Below are positions 48,233-57,497 of a stretch of 64,000 nucleotides of DNA, piece after piece. The first letter of the stretch is position 1, and the number at the start of each line of letters is the position of its first letter. A program made the position numbers and the translations under genes. Where the stretch lies: the NCBI GenBank assembly GCA_965205905.1, contig CBDBHZ010000001.1, positions 93,497 through 157,496 on the forward strand, in the 5' to 3' direction. Below the pieces are notes generated by a model that saw only the letters and a program-made list of their open reading frames with translations, had not been told where the DNA came from and did no database searches. This DNA is from Alphaproteobacteria bacterium. Its GTDB lineage: Bacteria > Pseudomonadota > Alphaproteobacteria > JABAAW01 > JAHZMA01.

Positions 48233-48470
48233 GTTTTTGATAAAGCTGTAGGCTGTGTTTTTTCAGTGCCAGCATGGTTTGATTGCCACCAAATTGCGTA
48301 ACTTGGGCTGCGGCATGCCATGTTGAGCCAGAGGTAAGACTATCGCGCTCCACCAAAACGGCATCGGTAATGCCCTCTTGCGTGAGGTGATATAGCACCG
48401 AGCAACCTGCAACACCGCCACCAATCACCACCACATCGGCATGGTTCTTAAATTTTTGTGTGTCATTCAT
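48159..48470 (-). pseudogene. Truncated 5' fragment of a dimethylglycine-dehydrogenase-like (GcvT-family) FAD oxidoreductase
   Basis: VVIGGGVAGCS.LYHL...ER..LTSGSTWHAA; homology ends at ..QKLAA (about 48226), after which the frame reads repeat DNA; RBS AAGGAG intact. Confidence 0.85.
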
Positions 48471-48548
48471 GGGGGTGTCTCCTTATATGTTGTTGCGTCA
48501 TTATGTTACTCAAAATGACGCAGAGAAGCAAGGGGTTAGGTGTTTTAT

Positions 48549-48603
48549 AGCGACACGCACCGCCTGCGAGTATTAAACACAGCGGGGGCAAGCCCCCCGC
48601 CAT
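48549..48603 (+). repeat. Short repeat array R5
   Basis: AGCGACACGCACCGCC..AGTATTAAACACAGCGGGGGCAAGCCCCCCGC. Confidence 0.7.
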
Positions 48604-48772
48604 AATCAATATAAACACCGCTTACACCGGTTCTCAAATTTTTTTATAGATATTTACAAAAAAATATTTAAAATAGCTTTACATCTCTAAAATTTATGCT
48701 ACAGTCGTTAATATAGTATTACTATATCCACATTTAACTATCAGAATAAACCTAATAAAGAGAGAGAGAATC

Positions 48773-51064
48773 ATGAACATATTTTTGAAGCGCATCACTG
48801 TTATCATCAGCATCATAATGATGACATTGCTAACCTTACCCAGCCATGCTGCCGTATCAGTTACCAAAGGCAAAACCGAGATACCCGACGGTAATGCCAT
48901 CTCCGCAGGTGATATCACCGTTAAAAACAACAAACTCGCATTTGCGATTGCCGTAGAATCCGCACCGCCTTGGGGGGTTGCGCGTGGCAGTATTGTTGAT
49001 ATTGCAACCATTACCAACGGCAAGATGAGTATAGATAGAGTCGCCTATGCCGATTTTATTCCTAATAGCTGGTCTAGTTGGCCCACCACATATCAGCAGG
49101 TTGAAATCACCAAAGATACGCCAGAAGAAGCGATTATTACCAGTGTTAGAGATTTTGGCGATGTAACAATTCGCACGGTCTATTCTCTGAAAGCGGATTC
49201 TGATATTATTAGTGCCACAACAACCATGACCAATGAGGGCGCGGATTTACCAGAATTAGTATCAGGCTTTACCCTATGGCCCGATGGTGGTTATAAATTT
49301 GCGATACCCGGCTATGCGGGCGTGAAAGAAACCAAAGTGGAAAACGCGATGGCAGATAGATTCGTCGCCTATGACCGCGAATGGAGCATTGCTCTACACG
49401 CGCCATATTTCACCGAAGTTAAATATGGCTCACGCGATTTATACATGCAACATAGTTTGAAAAAAGGCGAATCCAGAAGTTTTGAAGGCCATTATCAAGT
49501 GAATGATAGCGGAGACATTTCGGGTGTGGTTCAGGCTGAAATTAAGCGTAAAAACCTAGATTATGGCACATTATCGGGCGATGTTAAAGATAACCGCAAA
49601 AAAGCAGTCAGCGCGCCAGCAATCATTATCAGCAAAGATGGCGTCCCCTATATTTGGGTGATTGGTGAAAAAGGCAAATACAGCATCGACCTTCCTGTTG
49701 GTGATTATGAAGCCTATGCAACATCGGGCGGTTATTCCAATAGCAAGACTCAAAAAATCAGCATTGCCAAAGGCAAGGTAACAGATGTTGGCTTTAAGGG
49801 GCTTGGTGCTTCGGGCAAGCTGAGCATTACTGTTACGGATAAAAACACCAAACTGCCATTAGATGCTAAAATCCAAATTGAAGAAGGCAATAGCCCACTG
49901 ATTGAGTTTCTTGGCGCAAAAACTTTCTATACCGAGATAGAGCCAGTCGGCACTGGCACATTTAATCTGGCGCCCGGTAGCTATAAGCTGAAAATATCGC
50001 ATGGCGATAATTTCTTAGCCCCCGCCGCGCTGATTGATGTAAAAATAGCCTCTGGCAAAACCAAAAAGCTGAAAAGCACGGTTGATGTGGCAAGCTATCC
50101 AACAAAACAAGGTTGGTATTCGGGCGATTTGCATCATCATGCTGATGTGCTAGAAGGCACAACACCCGCAGAATATGTTGTGCGCTCACAATTAGCGGCA
50201 GGTTTAAGCGTTACCTTTATCAGTGACCATGATTCAACAAAGAATTTTGCTGAAATCAAGATGCTATCTGATAAACGAAATGTTACCTTCATTCCATCGA
50301 TTGAATTATCACCATCTTGGGGACATTTTAATCCGTTTCCACTTGATTTAGATGCCAAGCTTACCATCGATCCCGGTGTAGATGACGTGCATATAATTCT
50401 TGAATATGCCAATAGTGTTGGGGCGATGGCGATTGCAGCAAATCACCCTTATATCCCCTATGGTTATTTAACAACGCTGACTAACAATACCGCACCCGGT
50501 GGCTTAAACCCAGCGTTTGACTTTTTAGAATTGAACAAAAAGCCAGACGATAAAACGGTTAAAAAAGCGCATGATTTATGGAGTAAGGGCTTGAAATATT
50601 ATTATACGGCAGGGTCTGATGCCCATGATGTGTGGAACGATGTAACAGGTGTGGCGCGGATGTATGTGCATAGCGCTGATGGTGGCAAACCAACGCCTGA
50701 AAGCTTTACCCAAGCGATGAAAGATGGTCATGCTTACGCATCATTCGGGCCACTGATTTATCCTAAAAATGTCATGTTTGGCGATACGCTACGCACCTAT
50801 GATGGTGGCAAGAAAAAAGTGATAAGCTTTGATTTGGTAGCGGTGAATGGTTTAAAATCAGCAAAGTTGATTAGTGAGTCTGGCGTTGTTAAAGAAATTG
50901 CGCTAAAGGGCAATACAGGCAGTGTTGATTTTGAAGTTCCTAATATCGGCGGCTGGATTGCGTTAGAGATAGTCGATAGCCAAGATAAAAAGGCGCTTTC
51001 AAATCCGATATGGTTGGAGAAAGTAACATTAGAACACCTGACAACAAGTGCGAAAACTGAATAA
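48773..51064 (+). CDS. Secreted CehA/McbA-family PHP-domain metallohydrolase
   Basis: Signal peptide, beta-sandwich domains, GDLHHHA, SDHD, GHFN, NHP and GSDAH metal motifs. Confidence 0.75.
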   Translation: MNIFLKRITVIISIIMMTLLTLPSHAAVSVTKGKTEIPDGNAISAGDITVKNNKLAFAIAVESAPPWGVARGSIVDIATITNGKMSIDRVAYADFIPNSWSSWPTTYQQVEITKDTPEEAIITSVRDFGDVTIRTVYSLKADSDIISATTTMTNEGADLPELVSGFTLWPDGGYKFAIPGYAGVKETKVENAMADRFVAYDREWSIALHAPYFTEVKYGSRDLYMQHSLKKGESRSFEGHYQVNDSGDISGVVQAEIKRKNLDYGTLSGDVKDNRKKAVSAPAIIISKDGVPYIWVIGEKGKYSIDLPVGDYEAYATSGGYSNSKTQKISIAKGKVTDVGFKGLGASGKLSITVTDKNTKLPLDAKIQIEEGNSPLIEFLGAKTFYTEIEPVGTGTFNLAPGSYKLKISHGDNFLAPAALIDVKIASGKTKKLKSTVDVASYPTKQGWYSGDLHHHADVLEGTTPAEYVVRSQLAAGLSVTFISDHDSTKNFAEIKMLSDKRNVTFIPSIELSPSWGHFNPFPLDLDAKLTIDPGVDDVHIILEYANSVGAMAIAANHPYIPYGYLTTLTNNTAPGGLNPAFDFLELNKKPDDKTVKKAHDLWSKGLKYYYTAGSDAHDVWNDVTGVARMYVHSADGGKPTPESFTQAMKDGHAYASFGPLIYPKNVMFGDTLRTYDGGKKKVISFDLVAVNGLKSAKLISESGVVKEIALKGNTGSVDFEVPNIGGWIALEIVDSQDKKALSNPIWLEKVTLEHLTTSAKTE

Positions 51065-51141
51065 AAACACCTTGCATCTTTCAACATATTGATGCTATGG
51101 TTAATGTCAACATAATCTATTAAAAAACAAAGGAGATAGAG

Positions 51142-52089
51142 ATGACACATAAATTACAAAAAACTGGTAAGATACTGGCTTTGGTGGCGTTGTTCACCGC
51201 AGGTACTATCGGCAATGCGATGGCAAAATGCGAACGCGTGGTATTTGCTGATGTTGGCTGGACTGATATTACCGCAACAACCGCAACCGCATCGGTGATT
51301 TTAGAAGCCTTAGGCTATAAAACCGATACCAAAGTATTGAGCGTTCCCGTTACCTATAAAGGCATGGATAATGGCGATATTGATGTTTTCTTAGGCAATT
51401 GGATGCCCACAATGGAAGCTGATATTGCACCTTACCGCGAAAAAGGCACAGTTAAATCATACGGCCCTAATTTGCGCGGTGCAAAATACACATTGGCAGT
51501 GCCAAAACACACTTATGATAAAGGGCTTAAAACCTTTGCTGATATTGCCAAATTCAAAAAATCACTTGATGGCAAAATCTACGGTATTGAACCCGGCAAT
51601 GATGGCAACCGTCTGATTCAAAGCATGATTGATGGCGATAATTTCAAACTTAAAGGCTTTAAGGTAGTTGAATCATCCGAACAAGGCATGTTGGCACAAG
51701 TGGCGCGCGCTGTGAAACGCAAGCAAGATGTTGTGTTTTTAGGTTGGGAACCACATCCGATGAACAGCAATTTTGAGCTTGTCTATTTAGAAGGTGGCGA
51801 TGATTTCTTCGGTCCTAATTTGGGCGGTGCAGAAGTCTTCACCAATACCCGCAAAGATTTTGTGAAAGATTGCCAGAATGCGGGTAAATTTATCACAAAT
51901 ATTAAATTCACGCTTTTGATGGAAAACCAAATTATGGGTTATATTCTTAATGATGGTATGGATTCCGATAAGGCCGCTCTCAAATGGCTGAAAGCTAATC
52001 CTGATAGCATCAAGCCATGGCTTAAAAATGTGAAAAGTCAAAAAGGCAAAGACGGCTACGCAACTGTTAAGAAAAATCTAGGGCTGTAG
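51142..52089 (+). CDS. choX: Choline ABC transporter substrate-binding protein
   Basis: FADVGWTDITATT, FLGNWMPTM, YGIEPGNDGN, SSEQGML and WEPHPMN. Confidence 0.92.
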   Translation: MTHKLQKTGKILALVALFTAGTIGNAMAKCERVVFADVGWTDITATTATASVILEALGYKTDTKVLSVPVTYKGMDNGDIDVFLGNWMPTMEADIAPYREKGTVKSYGPNLRGAKYTLAVPKHTYDKGLKTFADIAKFKKSLDGKIYGIEPGNDGNRLIQSMIDGDNFKLKGFKVVESSEQGMLAQVARAVKRKQDVVFLGWEPHPMNSNFELVYLEGGDDFFGPNLGGAEVFTNTRKDFVKDCQNAGKFITNIKFTLLMENQIMGYILNDGMDSDKAALKWLKANPDSIKPWLKNVKSQKGKDGYATVKKNLGL

Positions 52090-52108
52090 TAACAGCATCT
52101 TAAATATT

Positions 52109-53011
52109 ATGGAGTGGTTAGTAAATCATAAATTGCCCATCGGTAAATGGATGGATAAATTGGTTGATTGGCTAACCACTTATATGAGTTGGTTTTTTGA
52201 TGGCATTGCGTTTGCGATGCAAATTATCATCAACGCCCTGATATGGCTGTTACAAACGCCGCACCCTTTTATCATCATTGCGATTTTCGCGTTACTGGCA
52301 TATTTGCTACAAAATTCCTTAAAATTGACATTGGCGGTGATACTCTCATGCCTGCTGATTATCAATTTTGACCTATGGTACGAAACCACCGAAACCTTAG
52401 TGCTGGTGATTTCTTCTGCCTTTATTTGCATGGGCTTTGGCGTGCCGTTAGGAATTATCTGCGCCCGCAAACCAAAATTTTACACATTCTTGCGCCCTGT
52501 TTTAGATTTAATGCAAACCATTCCTACCTTCGTCTATCTTATCCCCGCCCTGATTTTATTCGGATTAGGCGCGGTGCCGGGCTTATTCGCGACTGTGATT
52601 TTTGCGATACCATCACCCATTCGCCTCACTTATTTGGGCATATCCTCAACCCCCACAAGTCTGATAGAAGCAGGCGAAGTATTCGGCGCAACCAAAAAAC
52701 AACTTCTGTGGAAAGTGCAAATCCCTTACGCCATGCCACAAATTAAAGCGGGGCTAACGCAAACCATCATGCTCTCATTATCGATGGTGGTGATTGCCGC
52801 GTTGGTGGGCGCAGATGGCTTGGGCGTTACCACATTGCGTGCCTTAAATCAGGTGAATATCGCCAAAGGTTTCGAGGTTGGCATTGCGATTGTGCTGGTG
52901 GCAATCATGCTAGACCGCGTGTTAAACCGTAGCGAAAATGCGGTGATTAAACCCAATCCGTTGCTGGTAAAATGCCGAGACTTAATCCAAAAAATGCGCG
53001 GTGTATCATGA
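52109..53011 (+). CDS. choW: Choline ABC transporter permease
   Basis: P.LDLMQT.PTFVYLIP and QTIMLSLSMVVIAALVGA.GLG. Confidence 0.92.
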   Translation: MEWLVNHKLPIGKWMDKLVDWLTTYMSWFFDGIAFAMQIIINALIWLLQTPHPFIIIAIFALLAYLLQNSLKLTLAVILSCLLIINFDLWYETTETLVLVISSAFICMGFGVPLGIICARKPKFYTFLRPVLDLMQTIPTFVYLIPALILFGLGAVPGLFATVIFAIPSPIRLTYLGISSTPTSLIEAGEVFGATKKQLLWKVQIPYAMPQIKAGLTQTIMLSLSMVVIAALVGADGLGVTTLRALNQVNIAKGFEVGIAIVLVAIMLDRVLNRSENAVIKPNPLLVKCRDLIQKMRGVS

Positions 53012-54051
53012 CGCAAGCACAGCAATCACAGCCGCTTGTTGACTTCCAAAATGTCTCGGTGATGTTTGGCGATAACCCAATGCCCGCTTTGCAACTTGCC
53101 AAAGACGGAAAAAATCGCGAACAGATTGCTGAAAAATTTCCGCAAAATACTCTGGGCGTGGTGGATTGCAATCTGCAAGTTCAGCAAGGCGAGATTATGG
53201 TGCTGATGGGGCTTTCGGGCTCTGGCAAAACCACCTTGTTACGCACTGTTAATGGCTTAAACCCGATAACCGATGGCGCGGTGAATATCAAAGATGGCGA
53301 GAGTTACATCAATATTGCGGGCATTAGTGATGAAAAATTACGCTATGTTCGCACCAATCTTGTCAGCAAGGTTTTTCAAAATTTTGCACTCTTACCATGG
53401 CGCAATGTTGCCGATAATGTAGGGCTAGGGCTTGAAATATCGGGCGTTTCGGTGGCTGAGCGCAACGAACGCGTGCATCAGCAATTAGAGATTGTTGGGC
53501 TTTCGGGCATGGGGCATAAGAAAATTTCGGAATTATCGGGTGGTATGCAACAAAGGGTTGGCTTGGCGCGCGCTTTCACCATGAATGCGCCAATATTGCT
53601 AATGGACGAACCTTTCAGCGCATTAGACCCGCTTATCCGCACCCGTATGCAAGATGAATTGCTGGCTTTTCAGGCGCAGTTGCAATCCACGATTATTTTT
53701 GTTAGCCATGATTTAGATGAGGCAATCCGTATCGGCAGCCGTATCGCTATCATGGAAGGTGGGCGCATCGTGCAATGTGATGCCCCTGTTGATATTTTGC
53801 TGAAGCCTAAAAATCAATATGTCCGTGATTTTGTGGCGCATATCAATCCGCTGAATGTGCTAACTGCCAACGAGCTGATGGTTGCAGGCAAATCTGATAA
53901 AGCCCAGCTAACAATAGCCCATAACACTCCGATGGAGGAAATTATCGCCGCCTTGCTTTCAGGGCATAAGAATATCAATGTCAGCGATGGTGATAAAATC
54001 ATCGGCATGATAGATTATGAAAAAATCACCAAAGCATTATCGCGGCGTTAG
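53008..54051 (+). CDS. choV: Choline ABC transporter ATPase
   Basis: GLSGSGKT, LSGGMQQR and LMDEPFSALDP; ATGA overlap with choW. Confidence 0.92.
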   Translation: MTQAQQSQPLVDFQNVSVMFGDNPMPALQLAKDGKNREQIAEKFPQNTLGVVDCNLQVQQGEIMVLMGLSGSGKTTLLRTVNGLNPITDGAVNIKDGESYINIAGISDEKLRYVRTNLVSKVFQNFALLPWRNVADNVGLGLEISGVSVAERNERVHQQLEIVGLSGMGHKKISELSGGMQQRVGLARAFTMNAPILLMDEPFSALDPLIRTRMQDELLAFQAQLQSTIIFVSHDLDEAIRIGSRIAIMEGGRIVQCDAPVDILLKPKNQYVRDFVAHINPLNVLTANELMVAGKSDKAQLTIAHNTPMEEIIAALLSGHKNINVSDGDKIIGMIDYEKITKALSRR

Positions 54052-54380
54052 TATACGCTAGAATTGAGTATCTAGCGACACGCACCTCCGCTAATGTTAA
54101 GCACAGCGGTGGGGTATGGGTGAGGGTTGCATCATCGCTAGTATTGCACACAGCGGTGGGGGGTGAGGAGTCCTCGATGCAAGTATTGAGTATAGCGGGG
54201 GGATTATTAAGGCACACACTATCAGAGTATTAAACACAAGCGGGGGTTGTTAAGGGGGCATTCGCAAGGGCGTGGGCTCTGTCCTCACGCCCGAGAAGCG
54301 AATTCGCGCCCCCTTAAATAATAATGTATCACAACACACACCACCATTAATATTGACGAATCTTGAACGCACTCCGCCTA
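54049..54380 (+). repeat. Modular repeat array R6 (about 5 arm units plus hairpin core 54250-54317)
   Basis: Tandem units of about 42-47 bp; core TTAAGGGGGC...GCCCCCTTAA. Confidence 0.9.
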
Positions 54381-54433
54381 TATACTACTCTCCGCATCAC
54401 CCCTTTAGAGAATATCACACCGCAATCGCCCCA

Positions 54434-54470
54434 CCTCTCCGCCGTCATTCCCGCGTAGGCGGGAATCCAT
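54434..54470 (+). repeat. CGTC-tagged REP / dRS3-like palindrome
   Basis: CGTC-ATTCCC-GCGTAGGC-GGGAAT-CC, fitting the ATTCCC-N8-GGGAAT pattern. Confidence 0.75.
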
Positions 54471-54545
54471 AGTCGATTTGCGAGGAGGGAGTGAAAAAAC
54501 GCGGGTGGCGGTGTTTATCGATATGTTTGCAACAAAAAGAACATA

Positions 54546-55112
54546 TCAAACTTCATCATAGCCAATCGAATATATTTTTATGCCGTCTTTTTCTTCTATC
54601 AATTTTGTTTTTTGATTTTCAGGAGTCATATGAAAAATATAGCGATATTCAAAATTTTTGACATCTTCTTTTAGAATTTTTTTAACATCCTTTTTGAGCT
54701 TATCATTATTCGTCGTATTAACTGCGGCGAACATTTCCACTGCAACAAGATTTTCTTTAACACTCTCAATATCAAGCCCTGAATCGGTGGCACGAAACAT
54801 CTTAAAACCACCTGCATCGGGATGCTCCTTTAATAAAATTTCAATCGCTTTAAGACCTGTCATATAAGTATAGGATTGATTTAACTGTTCAACAAAATTT
54901 AATTTTTCATTATCTTTACTATCAGCAAATGGACGGTTACCTATCTCTTCGAATTTTAGTTGCTTGAAAATTGTCAGGAGTGATTGGTTGGAATTTCTAA
55001 TATACTCCATTGTTTTCTGAATATTCGCATTAATGTTTTTCAATGTTATTTCAATATCAACTTGATTGGTGATAGTAATCAACGGTTCTTTTTTATTATC
55101 TGTCATTTTCAT
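54546..55112 (-). CDS. Hypothetical AT-rich protein, possibly PD-(D/E)XK nuclease-like
   Basis: AAGGAG RBS; EQLNQ...SGLDIES...AVEMFAAV...NN.KL.KD pattern. Confidence 0.55.
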   Translation of the reverse strand: MKMTDNKKEPLITITNQVDIEITLKNINANIQKTMEYIRNSNQSLLTIFKQLKFEEIGNRPFADSKDNEKLNFVEQLNQSYTYMTGLKAIEILLKEHPDAGGFKMFRATDSGLDIESVKENLVAVEMFAAVNTTNNDKLKKDVKKILKEDVKNFEYRYIFHMTPENQKTKLIEEKDGIKIYSIGYDEV

Positions 55113-55178
55113 TCTCCTTAATAATAGATTTTGACATATTTATAAAACATTTAGGTTTGGTTTTATCGCCATGATGGT

Positions 55179-56240
55179 TTACTCATCACGCTTTGCACCA
55201 AACGCACCGAAATTATAGTAACCGAGGAACTCAAAAGTGCCACCAAATTCTTCCGCGCCTGCGCCATAAAATCTTGCTTTGGCTATGCCAAAATTAATGG
55301 CATCATCATAATCTCTAGTGATGAAACCTGATAAGTTATTACTGCTGTTATTATAGGTTAATGTGCCAGTGAAATATTCTGTATCAGTTGAATTATAACG
55401 ACTCTCTAACGCAACCTCTCTATCAGTAAAATTAGCAGTGGCTGTTATCGTGAACCCGAAGCTACGAAATTTATTACTATCATCGCTATCTGCCTGATAC
55501 CCGACCCCATGACCACTAAAGCTGACTGTGCCAGTTTTAGGAATATTTGCACCCAATGTTTCATTGCCAATAGAGGCAACCCCAATCCAGCTATGGGTTA
55601 TTTCTTTATGATTATCGCTTGATGATTCACTATCATCACTATTCGCATATTCAGAGCCTTGCCAATATTGCCAACTGATAATGGTTTGATATTTCCAACC
55701 ATTTGTTTCAGGATTTCTTATTGTAAGATAGGCGCGTATATCATCGATTGCTAATCCGCCAAATATATTATAATAATCAATGGTAACATATTGTTTGTTG
55801 AAGCCTGTTATGTGGGTATCGTGCCATAGTTTCATGGCACTTATTCTGCCATTGTCATAAATCAGCGATATGGTGGGTTTATCGCCCGAATCCCATACAT
55901 CGCCATAATTGCCTAAAATATAGGTTTGTTGCTTACCAATACCGTCAATCGTTACCGTGCCAGTATCGGCAGGCACATCATCGAATGAAGTGAAGTTTAT
56001 ATCTGTAGGGCGAGCGTCATAATCTATAGGGGAAGCATCATCTATAGGGTTCTTATCATCTGTTGGAGGGGTTTCATCATTTTCAACAAAATTATTGTTA
56101 CCAGCGCCTGCATTTACATTGCTTGTATTTTCTGAATGGTCATTCAAACCAATATTAGCACCGTTTGTGCCAACATCCGCCACAACGCTACATGCTGATA
56201 ATGTTGCAAGCGTTAAAATTATAAATAGATGCTGTCTCAT
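55179..56240 (-). CDS. Surface lipoprotein with a TbpB-like C-terminal beta-barrel
   Basis: Lipobox LSA-C, low-complexity linker, P.TG...FSG, ANF....V and FYG..AEE.GG.F...GAFGAKR. Confidence 0.75.
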   Translation of the reverse strand: MRQHLFIILTLATLSACSVVADVGTNGANIGLNDHSENTSNVNAGAGNNNFVENDETPPTDDKNPIDDASPIDYDARPTDINFTSFDDVPADTGTVTIDGIGKQQTYILGNYGDVWDSGDKPTISLIYDNGRISAMKLWHDTHITGFNKQYVTIDYYNIFGGLAIDDIRAYLTIRNPETNGWKYQTIISWQYWQGSEYANSDDSESSSDNHKEITHSWIGVASIGNETLGANIPKTGTVSFSGHGVGYQADSDDSNKFRSFGFTITATANFTDREVALESRYNSTDTEYFTGTLTYNNSSNNLSGFITRDYDDAINFGIAKARFYGAGAEEFGGTFEFLGYYNFGAFGAKRDE

Positions 56241-56441
56241 TCTTGCCCCTCAATGATAGATATGCCAAACTTGCCGACAGTGAGTGTCGGGTTTTGTCAA
56301 TAAATATCCGAAAGATAGATACGCTATTTATTTCCTGTAGGGTATTATATTCCATAGCAAACCCGACTGGGCTTGCTATCTTTCGAATTAAATTTATTGA
56401 CAGTTTTAGGCTATATGATTCTGATATTTAAGTCAATCATT

Positions 56442-56655
56442 ATTATATGGGGGGCTTTGCGGAGTCGTTTTATAATATCAAGGGGGGTGCGAAACGCGCT
56501 TTATCGGTCGCGAGGCAGAAGCCCGCTCCCTTGCGCGAACCCCCCTTGATAATCCCCCCGCCTGTGTGTAATACTGTGGAGGAGCAAACCTCACCCCTTA
56601 ACAACCTCCGCTGTGTTTAATACTGGCGATGAGCCCCCCATACCCCTCACCCATA
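56442..56655 (-). repeat. Modular repeat array R7 (hairpin core 56476-56551)
   Basis: TATCAAGGGGGGT/ACCCCCCTTGATA stem plus arm units. Confidence 0.85.
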
Positions 56656-56715
56656 TCGCGCTTGACAATTCCCTCGCCATACTTAATACTATCACAGATA
56701 TTGAAGGAGAGTGCG

Positions 56716-57441
56716 ATGTTTGATTATGAAGAATTGCAGAAAAAATATGATGATATGTATGCAAAAGATATTGACCTTATTAAAAAAAATAATGTGCTTG
56801 AAAATTATTTTGAACGAATGCGAAGAGCGTTAAGTTGGCTGAAACGTGCCAAACAAGAAACAGAAGACCGCACTGCCCGTTTTATCTTTTTATGGATAAG
56901 TTTCAATGCCTGTTATGGCAACCATGAAGATTACTTAAACAACAACAGACAAGACAAACAGAGCATGATTGCGTTCTTTTCTAAATTTGACGAAAATAGC
57001 AAAGATAGGTTGTTAACATTGGTAACAGAAAATATTGATGATGCCGAAAATGATATTAGAAAATTACTCTATAATCCTTATATTGATGCTAGGTTCTGGA
57101 AAATATATGAAAAAAACCCTACAACAGCAATAGACACAATCAGCGTTTATTTAGGACTTGAGAATAAAGAGCTTTTTGCCAAAATCAAAGATAAAGAAAT
57201 TGAGATAGAAGAGATATTAGCACAAATATTTTTATGTATTTATTTTCATAGGAATCAATTAATACATGGCTCGGCAACATGGCGCACCACAGATGAGGCA
57301 AATTTTCGGGTGCAGACAAAAAATTGCTGTGCCATTATGTCAAACATGATGCCGATATTTATCAATGCCATGTTAGAACATCCTGATAAAGAAAAATGGG
57401 GTGGCACTGTTTACCCCGTTATGCCTGATACGTATGAATGA
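56716..57441 (+). CDS. HEPN-domain protein (putative RNase)
   Basis: RALSWL.RA...FIFLWISFNA.Y and R-x4-H motif RNQLIHG; ATG follows an AAGGAG RBS (the longer ORF-track start lies in repeat DNA). Confidence 0.75.
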   Translation: MFDYEELQKKYDDMYAKDIDLIKKNNVLENYFERMRRALSWLKRAKQETEDRTARFIFLWISFNACYGNHEDYLNNNRQDKQSMIAFFSKFDENSKDRLLTLVTENIDDAENDIRKLLYNPYIDARFWKIYEKNPTTAIDTISVYLGLENKELFAKIKDKEIEIEEILAQIFLCIYFHRNQLIHGSATWRTTDEANFRVQTKNCCAIMSNMMPIFINAMLEHPDKEKWGGTVYPVMPDTYE

Positions 57442-57497
57442 CGGCGGTGAGTAACACAAAGGCGGAGTGAGTTTCAAGATTCGTCAATACCAACATC

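Noticed and set aside
54049-54260. Tandem ~45-bp units as a CRISPR array
   Set aside because: The constant part is degenerate, the intervening parts recur at other loci rather than being unique spacers, and no cas genes are in the window.
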